From Phycisphaera sp. TMED9 (GTDB taxonomy: Bacteria; Planctomycetota; Phycisphaerae; Phycisphaerales; SM1A02), in contig NHBO02000064.1 of assembly GCA_002167845.2 (NCBI GenBank), positions 80,910-144,909 of the forward strand: a DNA stretch of 64,000 nucleotides, in the 5' to 3' direction. Below, piece by piece: positions 38,626 to 50,302 of the stretch (within the stretch, counting starts at the first letter, position 1; each line of letters opens with the position of its first letter). A program made the translations under genes and the position numbers. The notes beneath the pieces were generated by a model. That model did no database searches. It was not told the DNA's origin and was given only the letters and a program-made list of their open reading frames with translations.

Positions 38626-39408
38626 TCAGGGGATGTCGATGTCGAAGAACCGGGCGGCGTTCCGATCCAGCAGCGATTCGAAGGCCTCAGGCTCCCGTCC
38701 CCGCCGCTTGGCGAGGAACGCGGCGGTGCAACCGACGTACTTCGGCTCGTTGGGCCGCGTGGTCCGATGAGGTTCGGGGGTGAGGAAGGGGGCGTCGGTT
38801 TCCACCATGATCCGGTCGTCGGGGACGAGATCGCTCGCTCGGGCGACCTCTGTGGCATTCGCGAAGGTGACGATGCCGGTGAAGGAGATCCAGCCACCGA
38901 AGTCGAGCACCGCTCGAGCGTCGGATTCGTCTCCGGTGAAGCAATGGAAGACGAAGCGGTCGTTTGGAAGAGAGGACGCCTCCAGCACTGGAAGGAGATC
39001 GTCGAATGCCTTGCGGCAGTGGATGACCACCGGTTTTCGGAGCCCCTCCGCCGACCAGGACTCGATGTGGGCGAGTTGGTCCTCGAGGACCCGTCGCTGG
39101 AGGCTGCGATCGGGTTGGTCGTAGTGATGGTCGAGCCCGAGCTCACCCCAGGCCACGCACTTCGGATGACGGGCCGCGATCAGCATCGCGTTCCAGTCGA
39201 TCGGGCGATCGCTGTAGAGCGGATGGACTCCGGAGGAGAACCAGATCTCCGGATGCGTGTCGGCGAGCGCGGTCAGTTCGGGAAGGCCGTCCGTGGTGGT
39301 GGCGATCGAAATGCAGCCTCGGACGCCGGCGTTCCTCGCGTCTTCGAGCACGCGATCAACCCGTCCCTCGAAGCAGTCGAAGGTGAGATGGCAATGGGTG
39401 TCGAACAT
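38626..39408 (-). CDS. tatD: TatD family DNase/hydrolase
   Basis: DTHCHL, GVHP, GELGLD, VIHCR, FHCFTG, VETDAPFL, NEP. Confidence 0.95.
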   Translation of the reverse strand: MFDTHCHLTFDCFEGRVDRVLEDARNAGVRGCISIATTTDGLPELTALADTHPEIWFSSGVHPLYSDRPIDWNAMLIAARHPKCVAWGELGLDHHYDQPDRSLQRRVLEDQLAHIESWSAEGLRKPVVIHCRKAFDDLLPVLEASSLPNDRFVFHCFTGDESDARAVLDFGGWISFTGIVTFANATEVARASDLVPDDRIMVETDAPFLTPEPHRTTRPNEPKYVGCTAAFLAKRRGREPEAFESLLDRNAARFFDIDIP

Positions 39409-39567
39409 GAGTCGCTGAGGATACGTAGGGGACGAGTGCTCTGCCGATCGCGGGGCGGCGAGGCGGTCCGGCGGTGGATTCAATCCGAGTCCGGGGCTTC
39501 AGGTTAGGATCGTCTCGATGCGGTCCGGGCCGCGTCATCGATCGAACACCCTTGGGAATCGGAGTCG

Positions 39568-41691
39568 ATGCCAGAAAGCCAGAATTCACCCAGCGAGAAG
39601 CCTGCACTGAAGAAGGAGCTGAACCTCTTCGGTGTCTTTGCCGTGGCGACCGGGACGACCCTGAGTGCCGGGTTCTTCCTCCTGCCGGGACTCGCCTTCC
39701 AGCAGGCGGGGCCGGCGGTGATCATCGCTTATCTCATCGCCGCGGCCATGATGGTCGCGCCGATGCTCTGCAAGGTCGAACTCGCCACGGCCATGCCGAA
39801 GGCCGGGGGTACCTACTTCTTCCTCGACCGGAGCCTCGGGCCGGTGGCGGGCACGATCGGTGGCCTGGGCACCTGGCTGGCATTGCTTCTGAAGGCCTCG
39901 TTTGCGCTGGTGGGCATGGGGGCGTACGTCACTCTGTTCTTCGCGGACGCACCGATTCAGGGAATCGCGGTGGCGCTCGCGTTGCTCTTCGGTGGCGTCA
40001 ACTTCATGGGAGCCAAGGCGACCACCCGTTTTCAGATCGTGATGGTGATCGGGCTCCTGTCGCTGCTCGGCTGGTTCATGCTGCAAGGTTCGTTCGCGAT
40101 CGACACCAGTCGCTTCAAGGGATTCTTCGACCAGGGGGGCGCAAACGTCTTCGCGACGGCGGGGCTCGTCTTCATCAGCTACGTCGGCGTCACCAAGGTG
40201 GCGAGCGTCGCGGAAGAAGTCGAGAATCCACAGCGCAACCTGCCGCTCGGGATCTTCATCGGTCTCGGAACCGCGGTCGCGGTCTACATGGTCGGTCTCA
40301 TCGTCATCGTGGGCGTGACGCCGGCCGACGAACTCGCGAACAGTCTCACTCCCGTCGGCGACGCCGCCCGCTCGTTCGCCGGGACCACCGGCCTCGTGCT
40401 GGTGACCATCGCGGCGCTCTTTGCGTTCATGTCGGTGGCGAACGCCGGAATCATGAGTTCGTCGCGATACCCCCTGGCCATGAGTCGTGACCACCTCATT
40501 CCCCCGGTTTTTCGCAAGATCAACCAGAACGGGATCCCGATCGTTTCCCTGGTGCTGACGGTCGCCGCCGTGATCTTCTGCATCCTGTTCATCGACGTCC
40601 TGTCGATCGCGAAACTCGCAAGCGCCTTCCAGCTCGTCCTTTTCGCGTTGATCTGCTTCGCGGTGATCGTGATGCGGGAGAGCAACATCGAGTCCTACGA
40701 TCCGAGCTTCCGGACGCCGCTCTACCCATGGGTTCCGCTCGCCGGAATCCTCGGTCCCTGCTGGCTGATCACCCAGATGGGCACCGGGCCCACACTCTTC
40801 GCGGTGGGGATGGTGGTGCTCGGGGTGATCTGGTTCTTCGCCTATGCAAGCAAACGGATCGATCGCGGCGGCGCGATCTATCACGTCTTCGAACGTCTTG
40901 GCCAACGTCGTTTCGACGGTCTCGACACGGAACTCCGCGGCATCATGAAGGAACGTGGTCTTCGTGCCAACGATCCGTTCGATGAGGTCGTCGCGACGTC
41001 GGAGATCATGGAAGCGGGGGAGGACACCGACTTCGACGCGATCACCCATCGGGCGGCGGAACGACTGGCGCCTCTGGTCGGTCTCGACGCGGCCAGAATC
41101 GCGACGCAGTTCCTCGAAGGCACTCGAGTCGGTGCCACGCCGGTGACGCATGGTGTCGCGCTGCCGCACCTGCGACTTCCCGGAATCTCTCGTCCGTTCC
41201 TCGTCGTGGCACGATCGCGGCGTGGGTTGAAGATCGACGTCGGTGACGTGATGCCTTCGTCGATGACGCATCGGGACGTGCACGCGGTGTTCTTCCTGGT
41301 CAGCCCGGCGGGCGATCCGGCCCTCCATCTTCGGATCCTCGCGCAGTTGGCGGGATGCGTCGAACAGGCAGGATTCCAGGAGGATTGGGTCTCGGCGAGA
41401 AGCCATCAGGCATTGCGAGAAGTCCTCCTTCGAGATGATCGATATCTCTCGCTCGTGCTCGAGCCCGGATCTGCCGCCGCGGCCCTCGCCGGGAAGAAAA
41501 TCCGGGATATTGGTTTTCCCGCAGGGTCTCTGGTGGCGCTGGTTCGCCGCGGGAGCCGGACCCTGGTCCCGAGCGGAAGTCTCGAGCTGGAATCGGATGA
41601 TCGGTTGACCGTGATCGGCGACGAGTCAGGAATTTCGGAGCTTAAAAAGACGTATGTCGACGCATCGGAATCGACCGAGTCCGGATTCTGA
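39568..41691 (+). CDS. APC-superfamily amino acid permease fused to PTS EIIA and TrkA-C (RCK_C) domains
   Basis: GTTLSAGFF, ELATAMPKAGGTY, FISYVG, AEEVENPQRNLP, ~12 TMs. EIIA GVALPHLR...HLRILAQLA. RCK_C AGKKIRDIGFPAGSLVALVRRG...DRLTVIG. Confidence 0.9.
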   Translation: MPESQNSPSEKPALKKELNLFGVFAVATGTTLSAGFFLLPGLAFQQAGPAVIIAYLIAAAMMVAPMLCKVELATAMPKAGGTYFFLDRSLGPVAGTIGGLGTWLALLLKASFALVGMGAYVTLFFADAPIQGIAVALALLFGGVNFMGAKATTRFQIVMVIGLLSLLGWFMLQGSFAIDTSRFKGFFDQGGANVFATAGLVFISYVGVTKVASVAEEVENPQRNLPLGIFIGLGTAVAVYMVGLIVIVGVTPADELANSLTPVGDAARSFAGTTGLVLVTIAALFAFMSVANAGIMSSSRYPLAMSRDHLIPPVFRKINQNGIPIVSLVLTVAAVIFCILFIDVLSIAKLASAFQLVLFALICFAVIVMRESNIESYDPSFRTPLYPWVPLAGILGPCWLITQMGTGPTLFAVGMVVLGVIWFFAYASKRIDRGGAIYHVFERLGQRRFDGLDTELRGIMKERGLRANDPFDEVVATSEIMEAGEDTDFDAITHRAAERLAPLVGLDAARIATQFLEGTRVGATPVTHGVALPHLRLPGISRPFLVVARSRRGLKIDVGDVMPSSMTHRDVHAVFFLVSPAGDPALHLRILAQLAGCVEQAGFQEDWVSARSHQALREVLLRDDRYLSLVLEPGSAAAALAGKKIRDIGFPAGSLVALVRRGSRTLVPSGSLELESDDRLTVIGDESGISELKKTYVDASESTESGF

Positions 41692-41760
41692 GGGGTGAGG
41701 CGCCCCCGGGCGATGCTCCACCAAAGGGGGCTGAGCGTGGGGGTGCTCATGGCCTCTCAG
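41688..41760 (+). terminator. Long imperfect GC-rich hairpin after the permease gene
   Basis: CTGAGGGG-TGAGGCGCCCCC ... GGGGGTGCTCA-TGGCCTCTCAG imperfect inverted repeat. Confidence 0.4.
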
Positions 41761-42234
41761 CCGCATGAAAACGTCGATTTTTGATCAATAACAATGTTTT
41801 AGGGTCCCTTGAGAGCCTGCTCGTGTCGAGGTCCTGAAACCGTGGCTTGGAATGAAATGGTCTCGACGCGCGGCCAACGATCGTTGGAATCGTGCTCTTG
41901 GAGCGGCATCTGGGTTCCCGGGGCAGGCTCCAGGGCCTCCAAGATCAGCCGAATCGATCCCCGGAAAATTGGCCATTCAGGGGGGGGCGGAAAGAGATCT
42001 TCATTCGCGTGGAAAGCCGTCTTTCGCCGATGTCCACTGCTTCTGAACCGTCGATTTCTGGATCGATGGCGGCTCTGGAGAGCCGGTTGGGGATCGGTCT
42101 CCGTTGACCCTGGATAGCGGTCGTCGCTAAACTGGAGTGTCTGACTTCGTGAAAAAAGGAACGAAGTCAGGGACCGGCTCGCCTCTCTCTCTACTTTCGT
42201 AACGCCGGCACGCGGCTTTCGGACTTCCCACTCG

Positions 42235-42888
42235 ATGAGCAGATTTCTTTTTCCCCGTTGGAGTAACGCACTCCTTCCAGCCCTCGCGGTCGTCGGTGCG
42301 CTGCTGCCGCTCTACGTCGTGATGTTCGTGGCGTACGGTTTCAGTCCGAAGACGCTCGAGGTCGGCTACCAACCCACGCAGCCGGTTCCGTTCAGCCATG
42401 CGCTTCACGCCGGTGAACTCGGCATGGACTGTCGGTACTGCCACAACACCGTGGAGTCCGCGGCGCATGCCGCGGTACCCCCGACGCAGACCTGCATGAA
42501 CTGTCACACCGCGGTGCGACCCGAGAGCAGGAAACTGGCTCCGATCAAGCAGAGTTATGAAAGTGGTCTTCCCGTCGAATGGGTCTGGGTGAATCGCATC
42601 GCCGACTACGCCTACTTCGACCACTCGGCCCACGTGAACCGCGGCGTCGGCTGCGTCGAGTGCCACGGGCGGATCGACCAGATGGAAGTCGTCACCCGGC
42701 ACGAACCGTTGTCGATGGGCTGGTGTCTCGATTGCCACCGAAACCCCGTCGACAACCTGCGTCCCGTCTCCGAGATCACCAACCTCGCCTACGACCAGCG
42801 GACTGAGCTGACCTACGAAGAACGAGTTGCGCTCAAGGATCTCTATCACATCAACCCCTCGGAAAACTGCTCGACATGTCATCGCTGA
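42235..42888 (+). CDS. actA: Alternative complex III pentaheme cytochrome c subunit
   Basis: N-terminal TM, QPVPFSHALHAG, five CxxCH (CRYCH, CMNCH, CVECH, CLDCH, CSTCH), PLSMGW. Confidence 0.95.
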   Translation: MSRFLFPRWSNALLPALAVVGALLPLYVVMFVAYGFSPKTLEVGYQPTQPVPFSHALHAGELGMDCRYCHNTVESAAHAAVPPTQTCMNCHTAVRPESRKLAPIKQSYESGLPVEWVWVNRIADYAYFDHSAHVNRGVGCVECHGRIDQMEVVTRHEPLSMGWCLDCHRNPVDNLRPVSEITNLAYDQRTELTYEERVALKDLYHINPSENCSTCHR

Positions 42889-45800
42889 ACCCTGGCGAGG
42901 AACGTCCCGAGATCTCCGGTTGCGGCAGCGACCTCCCGTCGCCCGAGCCGTCGCGGCGCGCCTACTGGCGCAGTCTCGACGACCTTCAGGACACCGAGGA
43001 ATTCCGGGCCTGGATGCACCGTGAGTTTCCCGCCGACGCAGACCTGCTCGAAGGCGAGGATCGCCGTCACTTCATGAAGGTGATGGGGGCCTCGTTCGCG
43101 CTGGCCGGCTTCGGTGTCGCGGCCTGTCGTCGAATTCCCGAGACGCACATCGTCCCCTACGCCGCCCGGCCGGCGGGGCGAATCCCCGGCGATCCGGTTC
43201 ACTTCGCGTCCGCGTGCGAGCGGGGTGGGGTGGCCCAGGGGCTGCTCATCAAGAGCATCGACGGACGTCCGATCAAGCTCGAAGGCAACGCGGCGCACTC
43301 CACCAACATGGGCGCCTGCGATCCGATCACCCAGAGCGGGATCCTTCAGGCCTACGACCCGGAGCGGAGTCGCGAAGTCCATCGTGATGGAGAGCCCGCG
43401 GACGCGGCCGCGTTCAAGACCTGGGCGGACCAGCGTTTCGGCGTCGAGCTTCGCAAGGCCGGCGGCGCCGGTCTCGCGGTGTTGGCCGAAGCCAGTGGAA
43501 GCCCCAGCATGAGCCGCATGCGAGTGGAATTCCAGAAGGCGTTCCCGAAGGCCTCGTGGCACGAATGGGAACCCATCACCGGTGACGAGGAACGTGCCGG
43601 AACGGAGATCGCTTTCGGAAGTCCGCAGCGCGTTCACGCGATGCTCGACAAGGCCGACGTCGTGGTGTGCCTCGATGCCGATCCGCTGTCCACGCATGCC
43701 GCCGCCAATCGCCTTTCCCGCGACTGGGCTTCGAAGCGTCGACTCGACGCTTCCGATCCATCGCATCAGGAGATGAGCCGGGTCTACGCCGTCGAAGGCG
43801 TGCTGTCGGTCACCGGCATGAACGCCGACGATCGGGTGATGGTTCGAAGCGGTGATGTTGGTGCGGTCGCGGCGTCCCTCGCCACGGCGCTCGGCGTCTC
43901 GATGGACGGACTCGATGCCCTCGCGGGAACGGTCTCTTTGGAAGGCCGGAACTCCGAGGTCTTCGACGCGATGGTTCGTGATCTCAAGGCCAACGGTGGC
44001 GCCTGCGTGGTGATCGTCGGCGAGGGACAGCCTCCCGCGGTTCACGCCATGGCTGCCGCGATCAACGCCGCGATGGGCAATGTCGGCAAGACGGTCCAGT
44101 ACACCGAAGACGCTCATCCGAGCCGCACCGAATCGATCGCATCGCTCGTGAAGTCTCTGGACTCCGGAGCGGTCGAGACGTTGGTGATGATCGGCGGCAA
44201 CCCGGTCTATGACGCTCCGGCGGATCTCGACTTCGGCACGGCGCTCGGCAAGGCCAAGGAGTCGGTCCACCTTTCGCTCTACGCCAACGCGACGTCGAAG
44301 GCTTCGGCCTGGCACCTTCCGCGAGCGCACTGGATCGAGAGCTGGGGCGACGTGAAGGCCTACGACGGAACCATCTCGGTGGTGCAGCCGCTCATCCAGC
44401 CGATGATGTCGCTCAACCAGGGTGGCTGGAGTTCGATCGAACTCGTCGCGGAACTCGCCGGCACCGAGCCGAAGGAAGGCTATGACATCGTTCGGGCCAC
44501 CGAGGCCGCGCGATCGAAGACGTCCGGCGCCACGTTCGAGGCTCACTGGCGAACGGTGCTCGACACCGGTCTGATCGAAGGCACCTCGGCTCCGGCCTCC
44601 ACGACCCGTCTGGAGAATGGTCGAATCGCCGATGCGGTCGGCGGGCTTGCGAAGGTCCGAAAGGCCGTTGCGGCCGACGATCTCGAACTCGTCTTCAACA
44701 CCGATGCCCGGGTCTACGACGGCCGCTTCGCCAACCTCGGCTGGTTGCAGGAACTTCCTGACAGCATCACCAAGATCACCTGGGACAACGCCGCCCTGAT
44801 CAGCCCGGCGCTCTACAAGGCTCGTGGATTCAAGATCGGTGACGTCGTCTCCGTCAAGGTCGGTGACCGTTCCATCGAAGCCGCGGTCTTCCCGGTTCCG
44901 GGAATGAGCGAACACACCATGGCGATCTCGCTCGGATGGGGGCAGGGACCCGACTCGGGCTCGATCGCCGACGGTGCCGGATTCAACGCGTATCCGGTTC
45001 GAACCACGAAGAACCCCTGGATCGCGACCGGTGCGACGCTGTCGCCGACCGGTGGTCGGTACGCCTTTGCACAGACGCAGGATCACGGTGCCCTCGACGC
45101 CCTGATTCCCGATGTGCCGCTCGGCAGCATTCAAGAGCGTCTCCCCACCATCGTGCGGGAGACCACGCTCGACGACTATCGAAGCCATCCCGACTTTGCG
45201 CAGCATCGCGTGCACGTCGCCCACCGCCTCAGCCTCTGGGAGGAGACCAACCTCGACGGGGCTCGATTCAAGTGGGGCATGTCCATCGACCTCAACACCT
45301 GCACTGGTTGCAGTGCGTGTGTCACCGCCTGTCAGGCGGAGAACAATGTCCCGGTGGTGGGCAAGGATCAGATCGCTCGCGGCCGTGAGATGCACTGGAT
45401 CCGGGTCGACCGATACTTCAAGGGGGACGATCCGGCCGCGCCGGAAGCCGTCTTCGTGCAGCCGGTCACCTGCATGCAGTGCGAGAACGCACCGTGTGAA
45501 CAGGTCTGTCCCGTCGCCGCGACCGTCCATGACAAGGACGGCTTGAACGTGATGGTCTACAACCGTTGCATCGGCACCCGGTACTGCAGCAACAACTGCC
45601 CCTACAAGGTCCGTCGATTCAACTGGTTCGACTACTGGCGCCGCGACCCGATTCGCGAGCAGGAAGGCCTCTTCGCGGTCAAGCCCGAGTACTACACGTC
45701 GGACGGCCCGAACCAGTGGCGCCGCATGCAGATGAACCCCGAAGTGACGGTCCGCAACCGCGGCGTCATGGAGAAGTGTTCGTTCTGCGTGCAGCGGATC

Positions 45801-46166
45801 AACGAAGCCAAGATCGAATACAAGAACGAGTGGGCGCAGGCTGGTGGCACGGCATCCAGCCCGGACTGGTCGATTCCGGACGGGGTCATCAAGACCGCGT
45901 GCGAGCAGGCCTGTCCCACCGGCGCCATCGTGTTCGGCGATCTCGCCGACACCGACTCCAACGTGGCCAGACTCCAGCAGAAGAAGGTCTCTTATCAACT
46001 GCTGGAAGAGCTCAATACCAAGCCCCGACTCCGTTACCTCGCCAAGGTGACCAACCCCGGCGTGCCCCGCGCCGGTGGTGGAAGCGGTCATCACGACAGT
46101 CATTCGGACGCGGCTGCCGGCGATCACGCCGCTGCGTCGACCATCGCTGAGGAAGTTCGATCATGA
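42876..46166 (+). CDS. actB: Alternative complex III subunit B (molybdopterin oxidoreductase-like + Fe-S domain)
   Basis: YWRSL, Tat-like [70 protein letters not shown]. Confidence 0.96.
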   Translation: MSSLNPGEERPEISGCGSDLPSPEPSRRAYWRSLDDLQDTEEFRAWMHREFPADADLLEGEDRRHFMKVMGASFALAGFGVAACRRIPETHIVPYAARPAGRIPGDPVHFASACERGGVAQGLLIKSIDGRPIKLEGNAAHSTNMGACDPITQSGILQAYDPERSREVHRDGEPADAAAFKTWADQRFGVELRKAGGAGLAVLAEASGSPSMSRMRVEFQKAFPKASWHEWEPITGDEERAGTEIAFGSPQRVHAMLDKADVVVCLDADPLSTHAAANRLSRDWASKRRLDASDPSHQEMSRVYAVEGVLSVTGMNADDRVMVRSGDVGAVAASLATALGVSMDGLDALAGTVSLEGRNSEVFDAMVRDLKANGGACVVIVGEGQPPAVHAMAAAINAAMGNVGKTVQYTEDAHPSRTESIASLVKSLDSGAVETLVMIGGNPVYDAPADLDFGTALGKAKESVHLSLYANATSKASAWHLPRAHWIESWGDVKAYDGTISVVQPLIQPMMSLNQGGWSSIELVAELAGTEPKEGYDIVRATEAARSKTSGATFEAHWRTVLDTGLIEGTSAPASTTRLENGRIADAVGGLAKVRKAVAADDLELVFNTDARVYDGRFANLGWLQELPDSITKITWDNAALISPALYKARGFKIGDVVSVKVGDRSIEAAVFPVPGMSEHTMAISLGWGQGPDSGSIADGAGFNAYPVRTTKNPWIATGATLSPTGGRYAFAQTQDHGALDALIPDVPLGSIQERLPTIVRETTLDDYRSHPDFAQHRVHVAHRLSLWEETNLDGARFKWGMSIDLNTCTGCSACVTACQAENNVPVVGKDQIARGREMHWIRVDRYFKGDDPAAPEAVFVQPVTCMQCENAPCEQVCPVAATVHDKDGLNVMVYNRCIGTRYCSNNCPYKVRRFNWFDYWRRDPIREQEGLFAVKPEYYTSDGPNQWRRMQMNPEVTVRNRGVMEKCSFCVQRINEAKIEYKNEWAQAGGTASSPDWSIPDGVIKTACEQACPTGAIVFGDLADTDSNVARLQQKKVSYQLLEELNTKPRLRYLAKVTNPGVPRAGGGSGHHDSHSDAAAGDHAAASTIAEEVRS

Positions 46167-47617
46167 GCTCGATCAGAGCCGACCAGGTCGGCGGACGCAT
46201 CGTCGACAACACCACCGAGGTCCCCGGAACCCGGGCGCCGCTGGTGCTGAACATGACCACTTTCGGTCAGGTGACCGCCCAGGTCTCCAAGGTCAGCGAA
46301 GCCGGACGCGCCCCCCTCGCGTGGTACGTGGCATTCGCCGGGAGTCTCGGACTGCTCGGGCTGCTCGGAGTCTGTGTGCTCTACCTCATCTTCACCGGGG
46401 TCGGTGTCTGGGGTCTGAACACGCCGGTCGCCTGGGCGTACGACATCACCAACTTCGTGTTCTGGGTGGGCATCGGCCACGCCGGAACGCTGATCTCCGC
46501 GATTCTCTTCCTCTTCAGGCAGAAGTGGCGGACGGGCATCAACCGCTTTGCGGAAGCGATGACGATCTTCGCGGTCATGTGCGCCGGCATCTTCCCCGGC
46601 ATCCACGTCGGTCGCGTCTGGGTGGTGTACTGGCTCTTCCCACTTCCCAACCAGATGGAGATGTGGCCTCAGTTCCGCAGTCCGTTGCTCTGGGACGTCT
46701 TCGCGGTGAGCACCTACTTCACCGTTTCGCTCTTGTTCTGGTACACGGGACTCATCCCCGACCTCGCCACGCTTCGTGATCGAGCGAAGGGTCGGCTCCA
46801 GCAGGTCGCATACGGCCTCTTCGCACTCGGATGGCGGGGAAGCAACCGCCACTGGCACCGATACGAGCGGGCCTATCTCCTGCTCGCGGCGCTTTCGACA
46901 CCGCTCGTGCTCTCGGTTCACTCGGTGGTGTCCTTCGACTTCGCGGTGAGTCAGCTGCCCGGTTGGCACACCACGATCTTCCCGCCTTACTTCGTCGCGG
47001 GTGCGATCTTCTCCGGATTCGCCATGGTGGTGACGCTCGCCGTCCCCGCCCGTGAGATGTTCGGCCTGAAGAACCTGATCACGCTGCGTCACCTCGACAA
47101 CATGAACAAGGTCATCCTGGTGACCGGAAGCATGGTCGGTTACGCCTATGCGATGGAATTCTTCATCGCCTGGTACTCCGGTGCTCTCTACGAGAAGTTC
47201 GCGTTCGTCAACCGAGCGTTCGGACAGTACTGGTGGGCCTACCTGCTGATGGTGAGCTGCAACGTCATCACGCCTCAGTTGTTCTGGTTCAAGGCCATTC
47301 GAACCAGCATTCCGCTCATGTTCTTCCTCAGCCTCGTGGTCAACGTCGGCATGTGGTTCGAACGGTTCGTGATCATCGTCAGCTCGCTGGCCAATGACTT
47401 CCTTCCCAGTTCATGGGAGTTCTTCACGCCGACGTGGGTGGACATCGGAACGATGGCCGGTGCGTTCGGTCTGTTCTTCACCCTGTTCCTGCTGTTCTGC
47501 CGCTTCCTTCCCATGATCGCCATGGCTGAAGTGAAGATGGTGATGCCCGCCGCAGACCCTCATCATGATGAGGACGGGCACCATCACGGCACTCCCGCGA
47601 CCGGAGACCCGTCGTGA
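46163..47617 (+). CDS. actC: Alternative complex III subunit C (NrfD family quinol-binding subunit)
   Basis: [58 protein letters not shown]. Confidence 0.97.
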   Translation: MSSIRADQVGGRIVDNTTEVPGTRAPLVLNMTTFGQVTAQVSKVSEAGRAPLAWYVAFAGSLGLLGLLGVCVLYLIFTGVGVWGLNTPVAWAYDITNFVFWVGIGHAGTLISAILFLFRQKWRTGINRFAEAMTIFAVMCAGIFPGIHVGRVWVVYWLFPLPNQMEMWPQFRSPLLWDVFAVSTYFTVSLLFWYTGLIPDLATLRDRAKGRLQQVAYGLFALGWRGSNRHWHRYERAYLLLAALSTPLVLSVHSVVSFDFAVSQLPGWHTTIFPPYFVAGAIFSGFAMVVTLAVPAREMFGLKNLITLRHLDNMNKVILVTGSMVGYAYAMEFFIAWYSGALYEKFAFVNRAFGQYWWAYLLMVSCNVITPQLFWFKAIRTSIPLMFFLSLVVNVGMWFERFVIIVSSLANDFLPSSWEFFTPTWVDIGTMAGAFGLFFTLFLLFCRFLPMIAMAEVKMVMPAADPHHDEDGHHHGTPATGDPS

Positions 47618-48234
47618 CCACGCTTGAAACATCAGTGCCGACCGTCGATCCGGCGGACTCCTCCGACGACGCGGTGAAACTCCACGGCCTGCTGGCGGAG
47701 TTCGAATCACCCGGCGAAGTCTTGAAGGCAGCCGAACAGGTCCGCAAGGCGGGATACCGCTGGTGGGATTGCTGCACGCCGTTTCCGGTTCACGGACTCG
47801 ACGGTGCGATGGGAATCAAGCCGACGATTCTTCCGATCATGGTCTTCTTCGCCGGGCTCACCGGTCTGATGGCCGCGTTCATCCTGCAGGCGTTCACGAA
47901 CTCGAGCGGCATGACGGTCTGGGCGATGGTCTGGGTGACCGGCTACCCCTATCTGATCTCCGGAAAGCCGTTGCTCTCGATTCCGGCGTTCATTCCCGTG
48001 ATGTTCGAACTCACCATCCTGTTCGCGGCGCTGACCTGTGTCTTCGGGATGTTCACCATGAACGGGCTCCCCCGGCTGCATCATCCGCTGCTCGGGAACG
48101 ATCGATTCCGCCGAGTGACCGACGATCGTTTCTACATCGTCATCGAAGCTCGTGACCCCAAATTCTTCCGCACCAGGACCGAGGCCTTCCTCGAGTCACT
48201 CGGGGCCGTCGCCGTCGAGGAGGTTCAGGACTGA
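47614..48234 (+). CDS. actD: Alternative complex III subunit D (DUF3341)
   Basis: [36 protein letters not shown]. Confidence 0.95.
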   Translation: MTTLETSVPTVDPADSSDDAVKLHGLLAEFESPGEVLKAAEQVRKAGYRWWDCCTPFPVHGLDGAMGIKPTILPIMVFFAGLTGLMAAFILQAFTNSSGMTVWAMVWVTGYPYLISGKPLLSIPAFIPVMFELTILFAALTCVFGMFTMNGLPRLHHPLLGNDRFRRVTDDRFYIVIEARDPKFFRTRTEAFLESLGAVAVEEVQD

Positions 48235-48908
48235 TGCCACGTCTCATCGTCTACAGCGTGATGGTTCTCTTGATGCTGGCGCTGATTCCGCCGGTGGTGG
48301 CCGCTCGAGTGCGAGCGACGCCGTCCGAGGGTCGCCCCATCCACATCATCCAGGACATGGACATTCAGGCGAAGTTCAAGGCGCAGTCGGAGAACCCGGA
48401 ATACGCGGACCAGCGTGCGATGCGACCCGAAGTCGTGGGTGCCGTGGCTCGCGGCGAGACCTATCTGAATCCGCATCTTCAAAATGGAGTGGTCGACGGT
48501 GGGTGGGCGACCTCTCTCCCCGAGGCGATCAAGCTCGAACTGAAGACCGTCGAACGAGGTCAGCAGCGATACAACATCTACTGCGCACCCTGTCATGGCT
48601 GGAACGGCAGTGGCCAGGGCCCCGTGAATCAGCGGGCCCTCAGTCTCATGAACAACGCCGACGGCCCCCCCGATGGGACCAGTTGGACGCAGGCCCGGAA
48701 TCTTCATGATCCGGGTTGGAGCGAACAGCCGATCGGCCAGATCTTCAACACGGTCACCAACGGCAAGAATTCCATGGCGGGCTACGAGTCACAGATCACC
48801 GTCGAGGATCGCTGGGCGATCTCGATCTACGTCAAGGCGCTCCAACGAAGCCAGAACGCGGTGATGCAGGACGTCCCCACGTCCGTGCGTGAGGAGTGGA
48901 ACCGATGA
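48234..48908 (+). CDS. actE: Alternative complex III monoheme cytochrome c subunit E
   Basis: DMDIQAKFKAQ, AMR...GAVARG, RGQQRYNIYCAPCHG, M...EDRWAI..Y. Confidence 0.93.
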   Translation: MPRLIVYSVMVLLMLALIPPVVAARVRATPSEGRPIHIIQDMDIQAKFKAQSENPEYADQRAMRPEVVGAVARGETYLNPHLQNGVVDGGWATSLPEAIKLELKTVERGQQRYNIYCAPCHGWNGSGQGPVNQRALSLMNNADGPPDGTSWTQARNLHDPGWSEQPIGQIFNTVTNGKNSMAGYESQITVEDRWAISIYVKALQRSQNAVMQDVPTSVREEWNR

Positions 48909-50260
48909 GCAGCATCCACGTCGCCAAGCCCGATCTCTCCGAGGCCAACGTTCGTCTCGGCTCCGCCGCCATGGGTGTCCAGCAGGGCGCCGGTCTGGTC
49001 GGCATCATCGGTCTCGTCGCCAGTGCGGTGATCGGCTTCGGCGGGATGTTCGGCACCACGCCGACCTTCCTGATGAAGAGCTGGACGCAGAACTACATGT
49101 TCGTGCTCGCGATTTCGCTGGGGGCGCTCTTCTTCGTGTTCATCCAGCACCTGACGCGAGCCGGCTGGAGCACCACGGTCCGTCGCCCCGCGGAATTGAT
49201 CGCGGCGAATCTGAAGTGGGCGTGGGTCGGACTGATTCCCTTCGCCGCGCTCTGGCTTTCCGGTGGCGGTCATGTCGAAGGCGGCGACGGCGCTCATTCG
49301 CACTGGGGCCCCGGCGTGCTCTTCCCCTGGGCCGACCTCGAGGCGCTCAAGGCGCATCATCCCGCGGAATACGACATCGTCGCCGCGAAGTCCGCCTATC
49401 TGAACTCCACGTTCTTCTGGATCCGGGCGATCATCTACGTGACCTTCTGGGGCGTGGTGTCCACCTGGTTCCTCAGGACCAGCATCGCCCAGGACGCGAC
49501 CGGAGACATCCGGCTCACCGAGAAGATGCAGAAGTGGTCGGGGCCCGTCGCGATCGGCTTCGGACTGACCGTGACCTTCGCCGCCTTCGACTGGATCATG
49601 TCGTTGAGCCCCGCCTGGTTCAGCACGATGTTCGGTGTCTACTTCTTCTGCGGCTGCTGCACCTGCGGGTTCTCGGTGTTGATCATCTCGGTCCTGCGGC
49701 TCCAGTCCGTCGGCAGATTGAAGCAGGTCGTGAATCGCGAGCATTATCAGGACATGGGCAAGCTCCTCTTCGCCTTTGGAATGATCTTCTGGGCCTACAT
49801 CGGATTCAGTCAGTACATGCTGATCTGGTACGCCAACATCCCCGAAGAGACCGGCTGGTTCCTCGGCCGGCAGATCGGCGGATGGGGGACGCTCTCCTTC
49901 GTCCTGCTCTTCGGCCACTTCGTGGTGCCGTTCGTCGCATTGATCTCCAAGTGGACCAAGCGGCTCTCCTGGTACCTCCTCGCCGCGGCGATCTGGATGC
50001 TCTTCTTCGGGTGGTTCGACCTCTACTGGTTGATCATGCCGGAGGTCCCCGCGGATGCCATGACCGCGAAGACCTACATGGAGGTCGTCGAAGCCCACGC
50101 GGACGCCTCGACCCACATCTTCAATCCCCTCAACTACACGATGCTCGCCGGAGTCGGCGGTATCTACCTCTGGATGACGATTCGTCGCATGCGAGCATCA
50201 ACCTTGCTCGCTCTTCGAGATCCGCGACTCCACGAGGGCTTGGCCTTCGAAAATCAATGA
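48905..50260 (+). CDS. actF: Alternative complex III subunit F
   Basis: QHLTRAGW...RR..E, KSAYLN..FF..R, DWIMSL.P.WFSTMFG, DMGKLLFAF, YIGFSQYMLIWYANIPEET. Confidence 0.95.
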   Translation: MSSIHVAKPDLSEANVRLGSAAMGVQQGAGLVGIIGLVASAVIGFGGMFGTTPTFLMKSWTQNYMFVLAISLGALFFVFIQHLTRAGWSTTVRRPAELIAANLKWAWVGLIPFAALWLSGGGHVEGGDGAHSHWGPGVLFPWADLEALKAHHPAEYDIVAAKSAYLNSTFFWIRAIIYVTFWGVVSTWFLRTSIAQDATGDIRLTEKMQKWSGPVAIGFGLTVTFAAFDWIMSLSPAWFSTMFGVYFFCGCCTCGFSVLIISVLRLQSVGRLKQVVNREHYQDMGKLLFAFGMIFWAYIGFSQYMLIWYANIPEETGWFLGRQIGGWGTLSFVLLFGHFVVPFVALISKWTKRLSWYLLAAAIWMLFFGWFDLYWLIMPEVPADAMTAKTYMEVVEAHADASTHIFNPLNYTMLAGVGGIYLWMTIRRMRASTLLALRDPRLHEGLAFENQ

Positions 50261-50302
50261 GCCCCACCGGCTCGATCGCCTTTCCGGTCCGGAAGCACTG
50301 AT

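Noticed and set aside
42879..46127. Very long antisense ORFs (1082 aa here; also 52899-55361, 39586-41406, 13414-15348, 18061-19839, 27080-28438)
   Set aside because: They are shadows of well-supported genes on the opposite strand. High-GC codon bias removes antisense stops, and the translations have no recognisable motifs.
42876..46166. ActB as a catalytic molybdoenzyme (nitrate/DMSO/polysulfide reductase)
   Set aside because: It lacks the N-terminal Fe-S Cys motif of catalytic subunits, is fused to the Fe-S domain and sits in the actA-F context. ActB is established as lacking the Mo cofactor.
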